Shown piece after piece: positions 25,809 through 39,589 of a stretch of 64,000 bases of DNA. Position 1 is the first letter of the stretch, and each line of letters begins with the position of its first letter. The stretch is from Malacoraja senta. Taxonomy: Eukaryota. Position numbers and translations under genes: made by a program. Location: the NCBI GenBank assembly GCA_038087875.1, contig JAXLNO010002284.1:62001-126000 (forward strand), given 5' to 3'. The notes beneath the pieces were generated by a model. It did not search any database. It saw nothing but the letters and a program-made list of their open reading frames with translations, and was not told the origin of the DNA.

Positions 25809-26809
25809 GTGTGCCTGGGTCCTGGACTTTCTCACCGCCAGGCCCCAGGTAGTCAAGATGGGAAGACATACATCGAACACCCTCACCCTGAACACAGGAT
25901 CCCCCCAGGGTTGCGTCCTCAGCCCGCTACTGTACTCCCAGTACACACATGACTGTGTGGCCAGGTTCAGCTTCAACTCCATAATCAAGTTTGCTGATGA
26001 CACTGTGGTGGTGGGTCTGATCTAGCACTCTGGTGTTAGGACAACAGCCTCCTCTTGAATGTCATAAAAACTAAGGAGCTGATTGTGGACTTTAGATGGG
26101 CACAACATCCGAGGTCGTACACACCACTGGAGATAAATGGCGCTACCATGGATAGGGTGAGCTGCTTTAAATACCTGGGAGTCCACATCACAGAGGATCT
26201 GACACGGAAAACACACGCTGCCGCACTGGTGAGTAAGACAAGGCAGCGCCTTTACCACCTCAGGCAGCTGAGGAAATTCAGAGTCTCTCTGAGGATCCTT
26301 CAGTGCTTCTACTCTGGGGCTGTAGAAAGCATCTTGTCCGGCAACATCACAATTTGGGAACTGCTCTGCCCAGGACAGGAAGGCTCTGCAGAGTAGTGCG
26401 TTCGGCCGAACGCACTATTGGAACTACACTTGTCCCCCTGCAGGACCTATACACCAGGAGGTGCAGATCCAGAGCCAGCAACATTATGGGGGACCCCTAC
26501 GACCCCAGCAACGGACTGTTCCAGCTACCACAGTCAGGCAAACGCCTCCGCTGTCACGCTGTGAAAACAGAGAGGATGAGACGGCGTTTCTTCCCACAAG
26601 ACATCAGGACTGTAAACTCTTATCTCACCAGGGACTAATTTACTGTTGTGTTGTGTCTTTTTTAAATTGTTTTTTTTCTAACATGTAAATATTGATTCTG
26701 TTCTATTCTGTTCTGTAGTTTTTTGCACAATCCGCAGGCATTGCCACTTTCATTTCACTGCACATCTTGTATGTGTATGTGACAAATAAATTTGATTTGA
26801 CTTGACTTG
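25809..26809 (+). mobile_element. Rex1/Babar-type LINE 3' fragment nested in Tc1
   Basis: [13 protein letters not shown]...KFADDT...LNV.KTKELIVDFR...FKYLGVHITEDL...QRLYHLRQLRKF; tail aataaa(ttgac)n. Confidence 0.9.
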
Positions 26810-27191
26810 TTTGACTTTTATTGGCACAACTTTAGTCTTCATGTTTATAAACAGCAATAAAAGTTTCCAAAGGTGATGGAAAGACGAGGAAATACTAGGT
26901 GCTGCATTATACCTGCATTAAGGAGCCAATTAAACACACCTGAGCAATTACAAACACCAAGAAGGCATGTGTCCCAAACATTATGGTGTTCTGAAATGGG
27001 GGGACTATGTATAAGCACTGCTGTAATTTCTACATGGTGAAACCAAAATATATAAAAATCGCCTTTATTAAAATCTGACAATGTGCACTTTAACCACATG
27101 TGATTTTTTATATTACAAATCTCAAATTGTGGAGTAGAGACGCAAATAAATAAATTATGGGTCTTTGTCCCACACATTATGGAGGGCACTG

Positions 27192-27337
27192 TAGCTCTTA
27201 GGGCTAGCGGAATCAAGGGATATGGGGAGAAAGCAGGAACAGGATATTGATTCTGGATGATCAGTCTTGATCATATTGAATAGCTGGCTCAAAGGGCCGA
27301 ATGGCCTACTCCTGCACCTATTTTCTATGTTTCTATG
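27192..27337 (+). mobile_element. CR1 3' tail
   Basis: Homologous to 6340-6491. Confidence 0.85.
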
Positions 27338-29425
27338 TAACAAAATGGTAAACCTGCTCTTTGGAAGCAGATTTATAAATTTATTACAATGTAGGAAAAT
27401 ATTTCCCTCCCAATAATTTTATAGCATTTCTTCACGTGTTAAGATAAGCAATTACATTTTCTCAGGCACTGCAAATAATAATTGTGATTTTAAAAGATAA
27501 GCATCTTCCATCCAAAAGTTTTAAAGAAGCTCTGCGCCTGGTAATAAACATTTCTTTGAAAAGCTGCAAGATATACTTGATATACTGTTTTCTTAAAATG
27601 ATATAATAATCACAAAACATCATTGTTTCATATGATTTAAGTGCAGGTGCAACATAGTTGATATTGGTTCACCTATTCTTTGTATGCTCTGCCTCATTTT
27701 CAATTGAAGGGAACATGGGTCGGTTCAAAAACTCGATTCTTATTCAGTTAATTAGGGACAATTCTTTCCAAAAAAAAAAATAGTTTAGCAAAAATGATTT
27801 AAAAAATTTTTTTTTAGATTAATTTGTTCTGATCATGATAGTCTGATTCAACTTGTCAATAATAGATGGAACAGTTATTCCAGGGAGGCAGAAACATAGC
27901 CATTATATCTGATTTACTGCTATAAAATGAGCCAAAATGGCACAATTTGGAAGGCAATCTACTCTGTACAAGAGTCCATCAGAAAAATACCTGGGCCCAG
28001 ATCAAATCAAGCCATTTTATAGGCATTTGGATATTCATAAGGCTTATTCTAATATGAATGTGGCTGCCAAAATGGCATTAGGTTCCTTACATATGTACAT
28101 AAACATCAAATGAATCTCCATAGATTATTGAAATAACACAGAGTTTCATCTGCAGGAGACTACTACACATGAATACACATTGGTAATAATAAAATCTAAT
28201 ATAATTTCAAGAACTGCTAAACGTGTTCATAAAAATAAATACACTGGAACATAAATGTATATCATGTAAAACAGTTAACATTTTGTAATCAAAACTAAAA
28301 AAAAACTACAGATGCTGCAAAACTGAAATAAGAACAGAAAATACTCAATATGTCAGGCTGAATGAGTGCAACGAGAAATGGAGTTAACCTTTCAAGTTGG
28401 TGACCTTTCAAATACATTGTACCTGCTATTATTTACTCCCCTCAAATAATCAGACATTTAAACTGTAATTATTTATAAGGATAAATATATTTGTTAATAT
28501 AACTATCATTTCTATCTTGTACAATTTTTGTGAAGTCTGCATTTTAGCTTTGTACCTACTGCCTGTACAGACTTTTTTTATTTAAAGAATAATATCATAA
28601 TTATTCTGTACAGACACATACAATTAAAAACATGATACAACTTCAGGGTATTATGTTGCTGACAGTGCTCTTCTTGAATGATCTAACATGTTACAGATGC
28701 TTATTTCATAAACCACTTTAATCCCTTCTATTAAGACTTAAACACACCAAAGTTGTGGAATTCTGTGTTGCAAAAGCCATTTTGGAAAACAAGCTGGCTG
28801 TTTGGTATCTCACATCAATGTTACATCCTATCGTGTCGTCCTACAAATTCTACTGCCCATAAAAATGGACATTTCTGTAGCAAGCTATACTATAGTGCAG
28901 TAGGCCTGGGACAACATGCAGTTTGGAATAGACCATCCAAATATCCACAAGAGGAATTTCCTCAGAATCTCCTGCCACTGTGGAAAGTGGGGACCATAGT
29001 GGAAGTGGTTGGGGACAAACAAGTTATGGGGAAATGATCAATTGGAAAAACTGACATATGGGGAAAGGATGGGTAGAGGTTTATCATGGGGTGACTCTGA
29101 GGTAGACACAACGTGGACTAATGCAGAAATGAGTGTAGCCCAAAGCTGGGGAGATGATCGGTATGTGCCGCAAAAACATCTCAAGAGACCGGATATATTG
29201 GCAGGAAAATATTGGCAGGATAGGAATGATTATGATATCCTACCACACTAGCAGGTCTTTGTTTTAGGTTTAATTTGCTGTGGTCCTGAACTGATTTCGC
29301 AAAGTATGACTGTTTGTTTTGAAGTTGGTTTGAACGATTGCGAATATAAAATACAATGTTGGTACAATTTTCATACAATGGGCTTATGGATTTTTAAAAA
29401 ACTTGTATGCAAGACAAAAGTTAAC

Positions 29426-29701
29426 TTTAGACTTTCGAGATACAGTGTGGACCAGACCCTTCGGCCAACCAAGTCTGCGCCAACCGGCAATCAACCCGTA
29501 CATTAACACTATCCTACACACTAGGGACAATTTGCACAACCAATTAACCTGAAAATCTTTGGAGTGCAGGAGGAAACCAGAGCACCCAGAGAAATCAAAG
29601 GACCACGTACAAATTCTGTAGACAGCACCCGATGTCAAGATGGAACCTGGGTCTCTGGCGCTGTAAGGCTGCCAGTCTACCGCTGCGCCACTGTGCTGCC
29701 C
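29426..29701 (-). mobile_element. HE1-type SINE
   Basis: Reverse complement of the 20107 element. Confidence 0.88.
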
Positions 29702-30267
29702 TATGTTTTACCTTATTTTACTTTGACATGGTATCTTTATACTTTCACACTTTAGTCAGGTTTAACTATGAGACTGGCTTTTTTATTGAAAGATCCTTCC
29801 ACCTGTAATGATAACTGTTTCTCTTTGCATAGATACTTCCTGAGCTGTTGATGCTCCAGAACATTTTATTCACATTTCACAATTTCAGCATCAGCAGTTT
29901 TTTCCTTATTTTCATTAAGTATAGTTATGCTGTGCTGGACAGATTCTAAAAACCGATATGAAAACAAATAAGCATTAGCAGTTATAAAGATAATAGATAG
30001 ATTGCAAACGTTATATCGTTGGCAGCTTTCTAAATGAAAAGGGAGTTTAATTTAACACCATTTTTTTGCATAACTTTACTATCAGCAATAATTAAACTGT
30101 TTTGTGACAATTATTTTTGATGCTAACTCTATATTCTGGAAATTAACTTCTTATTTTCCCGGATCTTTGTATTTGGAAAAGACCAGGGATGAATGCAATA
30201 TAATTAACTTTCATCCCTCCTGCATTTTCACTGTAATTTATTAATAGTTTGCTCTCTTTCTCAGTTT

Positions 30268-30400
30268 TTAATGAAGGTCTTTGACCAAGAATTTTAACTC
30301 AGTTTCTCTTTCCGCAGAGGTTGCCCTGCCTGCTGAGCAACTCCAGCATTTTCTGTTTTTATTTCAAATTTCTGGCATCTGTAATTTTTTTGATTTTCAG
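30268..30400 (+). mobile_element. Ancient PLE-tail element (relatives at about 29785-29915 +, 28300-28410 -, 21150-21260 -)
   Basis: atgaaggtctttgaccaagaattttaactc...ctgctgagcaactccagcattttctg, diverged homolog of the hammerhead-headed tail. Confidence 0.6.
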
Positions 30401-30649
30401 ACATGGGGTATTCGGTAATGACTGCCCAATGTTCAGTTGCTTTCACTATTCCTGAGGAGAAGTATCCATACCTGCACAAAGCAAGACACTGATGACGCTG
30501 ATGCATGGGGTGATGATTGGCAAGTATCATTCACGCCACACATAAGACAATGACTATTCTCAAAAGAGAAAGTGTGAGCACCTATCCTTATGTTCAATAA
30601 AATTACTACTGCTGAATCTGTTGCCATCAAAATAATATTGAACATCGCT

Positions 30650-31240
30650 AAAGAGCAAAGAAAGCTAAGAGACTAGCTATCCTGCAAGTGACCCTACTCC
30701 TAACAACTCATTGCCTTTCTACCAACAGGGCACAAGTCAAGAGTATGATGGAATAGTCTCCACTTGCCTTCAGTAGTTTAGTTCTAAGAACACTCAAGGA
30801 GCGTAATACTATTCAGCACAAAACAATATACTTGATTGGCATCCTGTCCACCACAAACATTCATATTCTCTCCAACGGTGTTCTGTGGCTGCAAAGTAAC
30901 CCATTATAAAATGCCATGTAGTGACCTACCTGTGCTACTTTGGCAGCATCTCCCAGCATGTTGGCATGACCGCCATCACCAAGGAGGATAAGAGTAACAG
31001 ACATATGGGAACACCATTGCTCTGCAAGTCATGCATCATCGTGGCTTGGGAATATATTGCCAACCCTTCATTGTGGAGGATCTAACTCCTGGAACTCCCA
31101 ACCAAACAAAGTTGGTTCACCATCACTAGAAGGACTGCAGTAGTCCATGAAAGGCAGTTCATCACCACCTATTCACAGCCGATTTGGGATTGATAATAAA
31201 TGCTGCCTTTGCCAGAGACACCAGTATCCGCTAAATGAAG
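30650..31240 (+). mobile_element. Old CR1/L2-clade LINE 3' end
   Basis: caagtcaagagtatgatggaatagtctccacttgcc...ataaatgctgcctttgccag; related to 1455-2315. Confidence 0.65.
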
Positions 31241-31487
31241 AAAAACAAGTTCTGTCTAAGATATTAGCTTCTGAAAGCATTGTGAAAATGTGTTCCTCGC
31301 ATGGGCAGCATACAATGAATCAATAGTTTACTACCCACATGCATTGTTTTTTTCACTGCTATAATTGAAGTTATTTACAATAACAAACAGATGTAAGCAA
31401 AAAGGAAACATTGAAACAATCATCCCTGTGGTAAGCATTTGTGTATGCAGATTTTGCAAGCTTCGTTTATTTCAGATGCAAAGATAC

Positions 31488-31627
31488 CTCTTTCTAGTTT
31501 TATTTTGTCCAAGATATCATTTTTGTCAGCCAGGTCGGATTTTAGTGCGGTCTCGAGCTGTACAATCTGTAATTTCAGCTGCTGCTCCTTCAACTTCCAC
31601 TGTTGTTCGTTGGTCATGTCAAAAGCA
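31488..31627 (-). CDS. RPGRIP1L: RPGRIP1L exon 10
   Basis: [46 protein letters not shown]; 140 nt. Confidence 0.96.
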
Positions 31628-32412
31628 CTGTAACCAAACATGTGGCATGTGAGGAACTATTGGATCTAATCCTCCACAGAGAATAATAATTAAAATAAAA
31701 AAGCCTTAGTGGCACAAAGACTGCTGTCATCATGTCTCAGGAATTAAGCAAACATATGCTGGTCTGCTGCTGTTGAAACCAAGGCGCCTTGCTCAGACTG
31801 CGGTTAAATCACATGAAAGGGTCTGTGGGATGAGCAAAGGGACTGGCCTTAATTTAGAGATCTATAGCCAGAAAAAAATTGGCATCACTTGGATCTGTGG
31901 GACAAGGAAAGGAATTCAACTATAGACTCCCAGCTGAATACATAGATCCAAATTATCCAACAACAGGGGATATGCAAAACCATACAAGCCCTTATATTCC
32001 CTCAATATAAATAACACTCACCATCCACCTGATTGCTTTTTAAGGGGTTGTTAGGGATGCAGCTGCTGGTTGAAAGGAAATGAAACCACAAAGCACTAGT
32101 GCTTTTAAATGCTTGAGACATTGTGGCCCGTAGAATTATTGCTGTGCATGTAAAATGTGGCATTTGTCTTATTAAGAAAGATGGCAAAACCGAGAAACAT
32201 TGTTCAATGGAAGTTGTTTTCTGACATGCACTTAAAGGAAAGAAAAATGTCTCTGCAAATGAATAAGACTGAATGTAACTGATCAAAGTGAGCACAGGTA
32301 TTTATAGTTATATTAATAATTAGAAATGATTCACGTGAAAAATAACCAAAAAATATAAATTTCCCCTCTCCTGCATCAATAGATTTGGTGAAAGAGAAAG
32401 AAGAAAAGAAGA

Positions 32413-32850
32413 TTTACGAGGATGTTGCCAGGACTAGAGGGTCTGAACTATAGGGAGAGGTTGAGTATGCTGGGACTATTCCTTGGAGCGCAAGAGGATG
32501 AGGTGTGATCTTATAGAGGTGTATAAAATCATGAGAGGAATGGATTGGGTAGATGCACAGAATCTCTTGTCCAGAATAGGTGAATCGAGGACCAGATGTC
32601 ATAGGTTTAAGGAGAAAATATTTTTTTCACACAATGGGTGGTAGGTGCATGGAACAAGCTGCCAGAAGTAGTTGAGGCTGGGACTATCCCAACATTTAAG
32701 AAACAGTTAAACAGGTACATGGATTGGACAGGTTTGGAGGGATATGGACCAAACGCGGGGAGGTGGGACTAGTGTTGCTGGGAGATGTTGACCAATGTGG
32801 GCAAGTTGGGCCGAAAGGCCAGTTTCCACACTGTATCACTCTATGACTCC
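32413..32850 (+). mobile_element. CR1 LINE 3' fragment
   Basis: Decayed FTRMLPGLEGLNYRERL...RRMR.DLIEVYKIMRG; tail gggccgaaaggccagtttccacactgtatcactctatgact. Confidence 0.88.
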
Positions 32851-33511
32851 AAGCCCCTTTCCAAATGTAATTGGTTTCAACTGACAACATCTAAGTTAGT
32901 TTATATTCATGTTAAAGGAGAAATGCATTCTATTCAATACTTTTTTGAAGAGCTGTTCTGGAAGATAACCTACATCAGTGAATTTTTCATTCAAAGACAA
33001 TTACATTATCATTCTCTCTTCTGTCATGTTTGGAATGATTGTGGTTTGCTTGTGCATTGTGGCCACATCTGTCCAGTGTTTTCTGAATACAACCAAGGGA
33101 TATTTGCAACTTTTTTCAAGAGCTAAAACATTGTATGTAATGCAGGCTATCTTCTTTAAGAACACAATGACTGCGAGAGGAAGGAGTAAAATGCAACTGT
33201 ACATGGCAATTCTGCCAATTGTCAGCCTTATATGATTTAGAACATCGCCATTTGAAGTATGGTTAAATTATCGTTTTACAGAATGTCATTTTTTTGCTTT
33301 GATACTTTGATCCCACATAACTATTTGAAAAGGGTAAATAGCTAAACTAAAACCCATAAACACAAAATGTAGTTGCTCAATTAAAAAAAATAGTAACCGA
33401 AGTGTAAAACAAACTAAACAAGAATATATTTAAAAAAAACCTTGGACATAAAAAATGTTAAAACTGCATTGAAATATATAGAAATTATTTTTCAGATAGG
33501 TCAGTTTTTAT

Positions 33512-33760
33512 CAGTTTAGTTTACTTTAGTTTATTGTCACGTGTACCGAGGTAGTTAAAAGCTTTTGTTACGTGCTAACCAGTCAGCGGAAAGACAATAC
33601 ATGATTACAATCGAGCCATTTACAGTGTATAGATGCATGATAAGGGAATAACGTTAAGTGCAAGGTAAAGCCAGTAAAGTCCGATCAAAGATTGTCCAAG
33701 AATCACCAATGAGGTAGAAAGTAGTTCAAGACTGCTCTCTAGTTGTGTTAGGATGATTCA
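33512..33760 (-). mobile_element. Rex1/L2-type LINE 3' tail
   Basis: Minus strand aagcttttaactacctcggtacacgtgacaataaactaaa; related tails at about 1230-1375 and 57120-57300. Confidence 0.65.
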
Positions 33761-34802
33761 GTGTTTAAAAGAGACCTTTAAATTTAGGGATGGATATTTA
33801 AATTCTTATATCAGGGTAAACCTACTCCCATGCACTCACCAAATTGTAATTGGAATGTTTTTAATGTCCAGTTTGCCATTTTGAATTCAGACTACAAAAT
33901 ATTAGAGGGAAATGTCTATTGCTATCAATCCTAGAGAACCCTCCTGCCAGTGATTACTGAAGAGAGCAGTTGATGAGAATGTCACTACCCAGAACATTGT
34001 CATCTTCATTGCTGAAAAATGGATGGAAAAAATGAGGGCGCATTATGAGGAAGTTTGGAGATGGGAATAGGAGCAGCTTAATGATCTATATCTAGTTTTA
34101 AATGATGCCCCCATTCTCTTGAATCACCTTTTGGAATATAGATTTAATTAGTTATCCCAACAAACCCTTCAATCGTCTTAACCATCTTAATTAGATCTGC
34201 TCTCTGACCTATCAATTTTGTGGGAATACAAATCGGATTTATTTAACCAGCCCAGATAGTTTAAAACTTTAATTCTGATATAATTCTGATAAATCTGTGC
34301 TGTTTCCTCTCCAAGGTTAATCTATATGTTCAGCAGGAGTTCCACTTTCAAATCTGATGCAATTTTCCTGATATTGATCGAAATTCTTGTACAACATTCT
34401 ATTTCTTGCATTGCCAGAGGAATAGGCCCAGCAAAGGCCATTCATGGGACAACCATATTTTCCTCATGAAACTCTGGCAAGATGCTACATTGCAAGTCCT
34501 GTTACAAATCTTCCCTAACCTTCACATATCATTCAATACAGTAGGAACATGACCATGAGCTACTTACTCATCCCTGATGCCAGGACAACTGCCACCACCA
34601 CCCCTCAATTGAGCCCCCACTACACCCATGTGTCCGGTTCCAATTTCCTGAACATTCCTCTCCATGACTTACCAATGACTTGACTGCACAAACCTCCTGG
34701 GGTTTCTGTCACCTATTCCCTACCTTTTCAATCCTCCCCTAGTTGCCGACCCTCTGACATCCTTGACTCCTTGATGACTCTGATCACTCCCTGGCGACGT
34801 TT

Positions 34803-34948
34803 CAATAGACAATAGGTGCAGGAGTAGGCCATTCGCCCCTTTGAGCCAGCACCGCCATTCAATGTGATCATGGCTGATCATCCCCAATCAGTACCCCGTT
34901 CCTGCCTTCTCCCCATATCCCCTGACTCCGCTATTTTTAAGAGCCCTA
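34803..34948 (-). mobile_element. CR1 3' tail
   Basis: Reverse complement of 52770-52915. Confidence 0.88.
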
Positions 34949-34955
34949 GGTTTCA

Positions 34956-35053
34956 GGTCTGAAGAAAGGTCTTGACCCAAAACATCACCCATTCCTTCTC
35001 TCCAGAGATGCTGCCTGTCCCGCTGAGTTACTCCAGAATTTTGTGTATATCTA
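34956..35053 (+). mobile_element. Short PLE-derived element
   Basis: ggtCTGAAGAaaggtcttgacccaaaacatcacc...gctgagttactccag. Confidence 0.8.
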
Positions 35054-35602
35054 CCATTTATTTTTTTATTGAAAGTAAACTGGATGACCTTACACTTTCA
35101 TCACATAAGATCCATCCATTGTAAGAATAGAAAGATAAAAACAAAATTCCATTTACTTTAGCAATTTTCATTCGGAATATTATTATTTGGCATGGCTTGC
35201 CAATTAAAAATATTGTACACAATGGAGGAAGAAAAGTAAATTCCAAAGAGGTTTAACTACTCTTGAGCCATTGTTATAGCGGCAGATTAATCAAATAAAC
35301 AGGAGAATCTATGTAGTTTGCTTGTATTCTATTTCTGTGGAATCTCAACAGAGTTATGACAGATCTGGAATTCCCAACATGAAACACATTTCAGAACCAC
35401 AGCTTATAGATATATTAAACCAGATATCACAAATGACAGAAACGAGTTGGAACACAATGATTTAATACCATACATCCAGTTGTGAGTAACTGAGCATTTA
35501 TGTACCAGGGCAAAAGAACAATGAACATATGTATGGATGCAGAATATATTCATGAAGAACATGATACATAATACATGAAACTAAAACTGTAAAATTAGGT
35601 AC

Positions 35603-35676
35603 CTGTTATATAATTTGTCATAATTTTCCTTCAAAAGATCTCGCTCCTTTTGTAAATCCTTGACTCTCTCTTTTAG
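35603..35676 (-). CDS. RPGRIP1L: RPGRIP1L exon 9
   Basis: LKERVKDLQKERDLLKENYDKLYN; 74 nt; AG/GT. Confidence 0.95.
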
Positions 35677-36274
35677 CTGAATGAAAAAATGGATTACAAA
35701 GCCACAAAACAATAACAAGATGGATAAAACAAAGGTTGAATTCTGTATCTTTTTCTTACAAATGCTGAATGTTATATTTCTCCCGTTTAAACTGTCTCCA
35801 TCTTTTAAATCTCACTTCCATAGCTGTTTCGTACACTTATAATTCTGTAATCAACACTTCTTAGAATTAGTTTATGGCGGATTTTTCATGCTGCTCACAA
35901 TAATTTGGAAAACAAAGCAGAAATTTGTCAGTTTTCAATATGCCACCTAATGTGTTCAAAACAGTTGTAATAAAACAAGATGGTGTAAAATTGTTTTAAA
36001 CTTGACAAAATCAATGCTCCTTTTAATTAGAATTTCCAAATGAGCCTAATATGTGCTTAACCAGATGCTATCTTATATCAAACGATAGAGAGGGAATTAA
36101 AATATGTGCTCTTATTTTTAGGCTTAGATTAATTATTTAATTAAATTAACTATTTTAAGACATTACTTATATTCAAAATGTGATTTAGAACCATTAATGG
36201 TTTCAATATATCTTTTCACTTACAATCGCAATTCCCTACCTAATATATAGTTTGAAAGAAAATAACGAAAATAC

Positions 36275-36421
36275 CTCTTCAGATGTTTTCTGCGAAAATG
36301 AGGTTGAGTGCAGCTGATTTTCAAGACATAGGCACTTAGAACGTTCTTCTTTCAGCTGTGCATTCAGTTCATCAACTTTATTCATTAAAGCATCGTGACT
36401 GGCTTTCATGGTTCTCTGGTT
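36275..36421 (-). CDS. RPGRIP1L: RPGRIP1L exon 8
   Basis: NQRTMKASHDALMNKVDELNAQLKEERSKCLCLENQLHSTSFSQKTSEE; 147 nt; phase 0/0. Confidence 0.95.
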
Positions 36422-37315
36422 CTGTAAAACAATACATGTTCAAAAACAGTAGGGTTACTGTACATTTCAAAGTTCTGCCATGAAATCTTGTAAAAAAGAT
36501 ACAAGGAGATGTGAGAAAAAAACATCAGTTATCATCTGGAATTCACTGCCTGCAAGAACACTGGAAATAAAAATCATTAATTGAGGGAATTGAAGCGACA
36601 TTTGAGAGCAAATAATTTGCAGGACTATCGGGGGGGGGGGGGAACAGGGGAACACAACTGTGGGATTGTACTATTCTGTAAGAGTTGGCATGTATTCGAT
36701 AGGTTAAATGACTTCCATCTATGTTGTAACAATTTTACAATTCTATGAAATACTTCAGAGGCTTGAAAGACATGCAAGTCCTATAAAACATTGAGGGTGA
36801 AGCCTGTTTTGTGCAAAGCTATTTTGCAACAACATCCATGAGACTCAAAGTTATACTACAAATGAATCAGGATCTGGTAACAGGGTAGATAGAGATGGTG
36901 GACAGTATTCTGGTCTCTTCAGGTACTTTGGAGAATGCCTCAACTATTTTGTTGACACCTGAATCAGTGCGAGTGACCTGTGCAGTTCAAAAGCCATTCA
37001 GATGCAAATGTAACACCTGGCTTAAAAAATCTGTGCTGAATACTTCAACTTTGAGACATAAATCCCGTGTACAAATTTTAAAAAAGTTACTGCTTCTCAA
37101 GTAGCATTTCTAGAATAAGACAGATTAAATGGATGCAAGTTATTGCAATTAATGGGCCTGGTACCTCACCTTCTATGTTTTAAATTATGTTAATTTATAA
37201 AGGATTTTTTAAATTAAATTTGCAAAGCCGTGGTTCCTCGATTAGTTATGTTTCCGTGTAAGAAATGGATTATATTTTTAGGAATCTGCATTGCTTCTGA
37301 TAATTGAACTCTTAC

Positions 37316-37421
37316 CTCCTGGATTTGCAAAAATTTCCCCTCCAAGACAGTCAAAGAAGCTGCTTTATCCATAAGTTGCTTTTGCAGCTTTATCATCTCT
37401 ACATTGTCCCTGATAGTTGTC
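37316..37421 (-). CDS. RPGRIP1L: RPGRIP1L exon 7
   Basis: [35 protein letters not shown]; 106 nt; |gtaaga. Confidence 0.95.
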
Positions 37422-37668
37422 CTATAATGTAGGAAAAATAGAACGTATTATTCTGTGAACAGAGCAGAATCGATTTTCCATAGCATAAACCTTGTATGTG
37501 TTTTTCTTAATGTAATCTTCTGCTCAAAAGAATCAAAACTTTGTTCATCCATCCTTGTCTGCAGGGGAACGTGCAGTGGTGGGATTGTTAGCAGGCATAA
37601 GGATCCCAATGATTATTTGGTAATAATGAGGTGCATGCACGCCTGTAGAAAGTACAGTGATGGATATG

Positions 37669-37989
37669 TTTAAGTTTTAATTTTAAAGAAGCAGCATGGA
37701 AACAGGCCCTTTGACTCATCGAGTTCACGGCGACCAGTGATCACCCGTTGACACTACTTCTATGTTATCCCACTTCATACAGACCATACAGAATAAAGGG
37801 CAATTTACAGAGACCGATTAACATACGTACACGTCTTTGGGGTTTGGGAGGAAATCGGAGCGCCCAGAAAAAACCACGCGATAACAGGGAGAACGTACAA
37901 ACTCCACACAGACAGCATCCGAGTTCAGGGTTGAACCCGGGTCTCTGGCGTTGTGAGGCAGCTTGACCAACTGCGCCATTGTGAAACCC
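37669..37989 (-). mobile_element. HE1-type SINE
   Basis: Reverse complement of HE1 head/core/tail. Confidence 0.85.
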
Positions 37990-38328
37990 TGATCAATCAA
38001 GTCATATTAACAAGTCACACAAATAAACAAACTACCCGTGAATGATATGACAAATATTTGATAACTAACATGCCTAATGTGAAATTTGATCTGGTTTAAA
38101 TGCAGCTCTTCAATTGAGTTTAATTTTAAGTCATTTTGAGATTTCATTGCAACAACTATGTGGCATTTTGAAAATGAAAAATTGTCATGTCAACATATAA
38201 CACTTTATATCTCATGAAAATGACATTATTGGTGTATTTTACTGCAAACCTAAAAATGTTTTCACGTGGAGATAATACACGTCGGTATTAGTAGATGATG
38301 TTTTTCAGTTGCTGATTTTTAGGGGTAA

Positions 38329-39589
38329 CTAGATCAACTAGGACCCATTGGGCCCCATTTCCCCAATGCAATATTCCACCATTCACCCATTCCCCCAACG
38401 CAACCTGTTCCCCCAACGCAATATTCCACCCCTCACCCATAGCCCCCAACTGCGCAGGCGTGGCTCATTCCCCCTCATGACCAACACTCCCTCCCCCTCC
38501 TCTTCACTCTCCCTCTTCTTTCTTATCTCCTCCTACCCTCACCCACTCCCTCCCTCACCTCTCCCTCCCTCTTTTCCCCTACCTTCAGTCACTCCAACCC
38601 TACCCCCCTCCTCTACATCTATCTCCCTGCCCCACTCCTCACCGCTCCCCCACTCCTCACCTCTCCCCTATCTCACTCCCACACAGAACACAATGTTTAA
38701 ATAACATTTCTCCTCCTCCCCAACTCCCTCCCTCGCCTCTCCCTTCCCCTACCCTCAGTTGGCGCTCCCGGAGCCGATCAATCGACCCCACTTGGGGGGA
38801 GGGGGGGGAGTGGAGGGGGGGGAGAGGAGGGGTGGCGCTCAGCTCCCCCCAACCCACCCTCCCACAAGGAAAATTGTGGATTTTTTTTGTAAATTAAACC
38901 TCTCCCCTATTCCACCCCCCCCCACAATGAAAATCCCCACATGGAGGGGGGGGGGGAAGGGGGCAGCGTCGCGCTCACCTCTCCCCCATCCCACATTGAA
39001 ATTTCTGGAATTTTATTTTTGTAAATGAAACCTCTCCCACATTCCACCCCCCACAATGAAAACCACTTTTTTTTTGTAAATTAAACCTCCCCCCCGAGAA
39101 CTTGATCAAAACTGATTTTTTTTTAAATCTCCCTCCATCCCTCCCTAACCCCTCTCCCCTCCCTACCACCCTTGAGATGGAAGCTGCTGATCCCATTCCT
39201 CTGTCATTGTGGGCTGGAACACTGCTCATGGGCAGTTTATGTAAATGAATCCCATCGTGATGTCATTGTCGGGTGGAGCACTGCTCACGGGCAGTTTATG
39301 TAAATGAGATCCCATTGTGACATCATAGCTGCTAACTGCGACTGTGATTTTTCTCAAACTGGATTTTGTGAAGTGCAAAAATGTGAATAACTTGTAAAAT
39401 ATAACATCAATCTAAACAAAACTTGATACACCACAGGACAATGGTGAGTAAGCTGGTCCAAAAATCGTTGCTCTATCGTGTACCGTTTTGGCGTCATTCA
39501 GGGCAGGACGGACAGAGGGAAAAAACAAACAAACAAACAAACAAACAAACAAACACACACACATGATGAGAGTTTTAGTAATATATAGA
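38329..39589 (-). mobile_element. Complete non-autonomous Helitron
   Basis: Minus strand A|TCTATATATTACTAAAA...(TTTG)n...gggccc-aat-gggtcc hairpin...CTAG|T; no TSD; inserted between A and T. Confidence 0.8.
39523..39562. repeat. (AAAC)n(AC)n microsatellite inside Helitron
   Basis: Direct reading. Confidence 0.9.

Larger units (their letters stand above)
24478..27191 (-). mobile_element. Full-length but decayed Tc1 transposon with nested insertions
   Basis: TA TSDs; about 220-bp IR/DR TIRs with repeated ccataatgtttgggaca; transposase pieces GRPRKT, VLWTDE.KIN, QSPDLNPIEH, KGYATEY. Confidence 0.95.

Noticed and set aside
38348-39229. Pro/Gly-rich ORFs
   Set aside because: Low-complexity C/G-rich Helitron interior.
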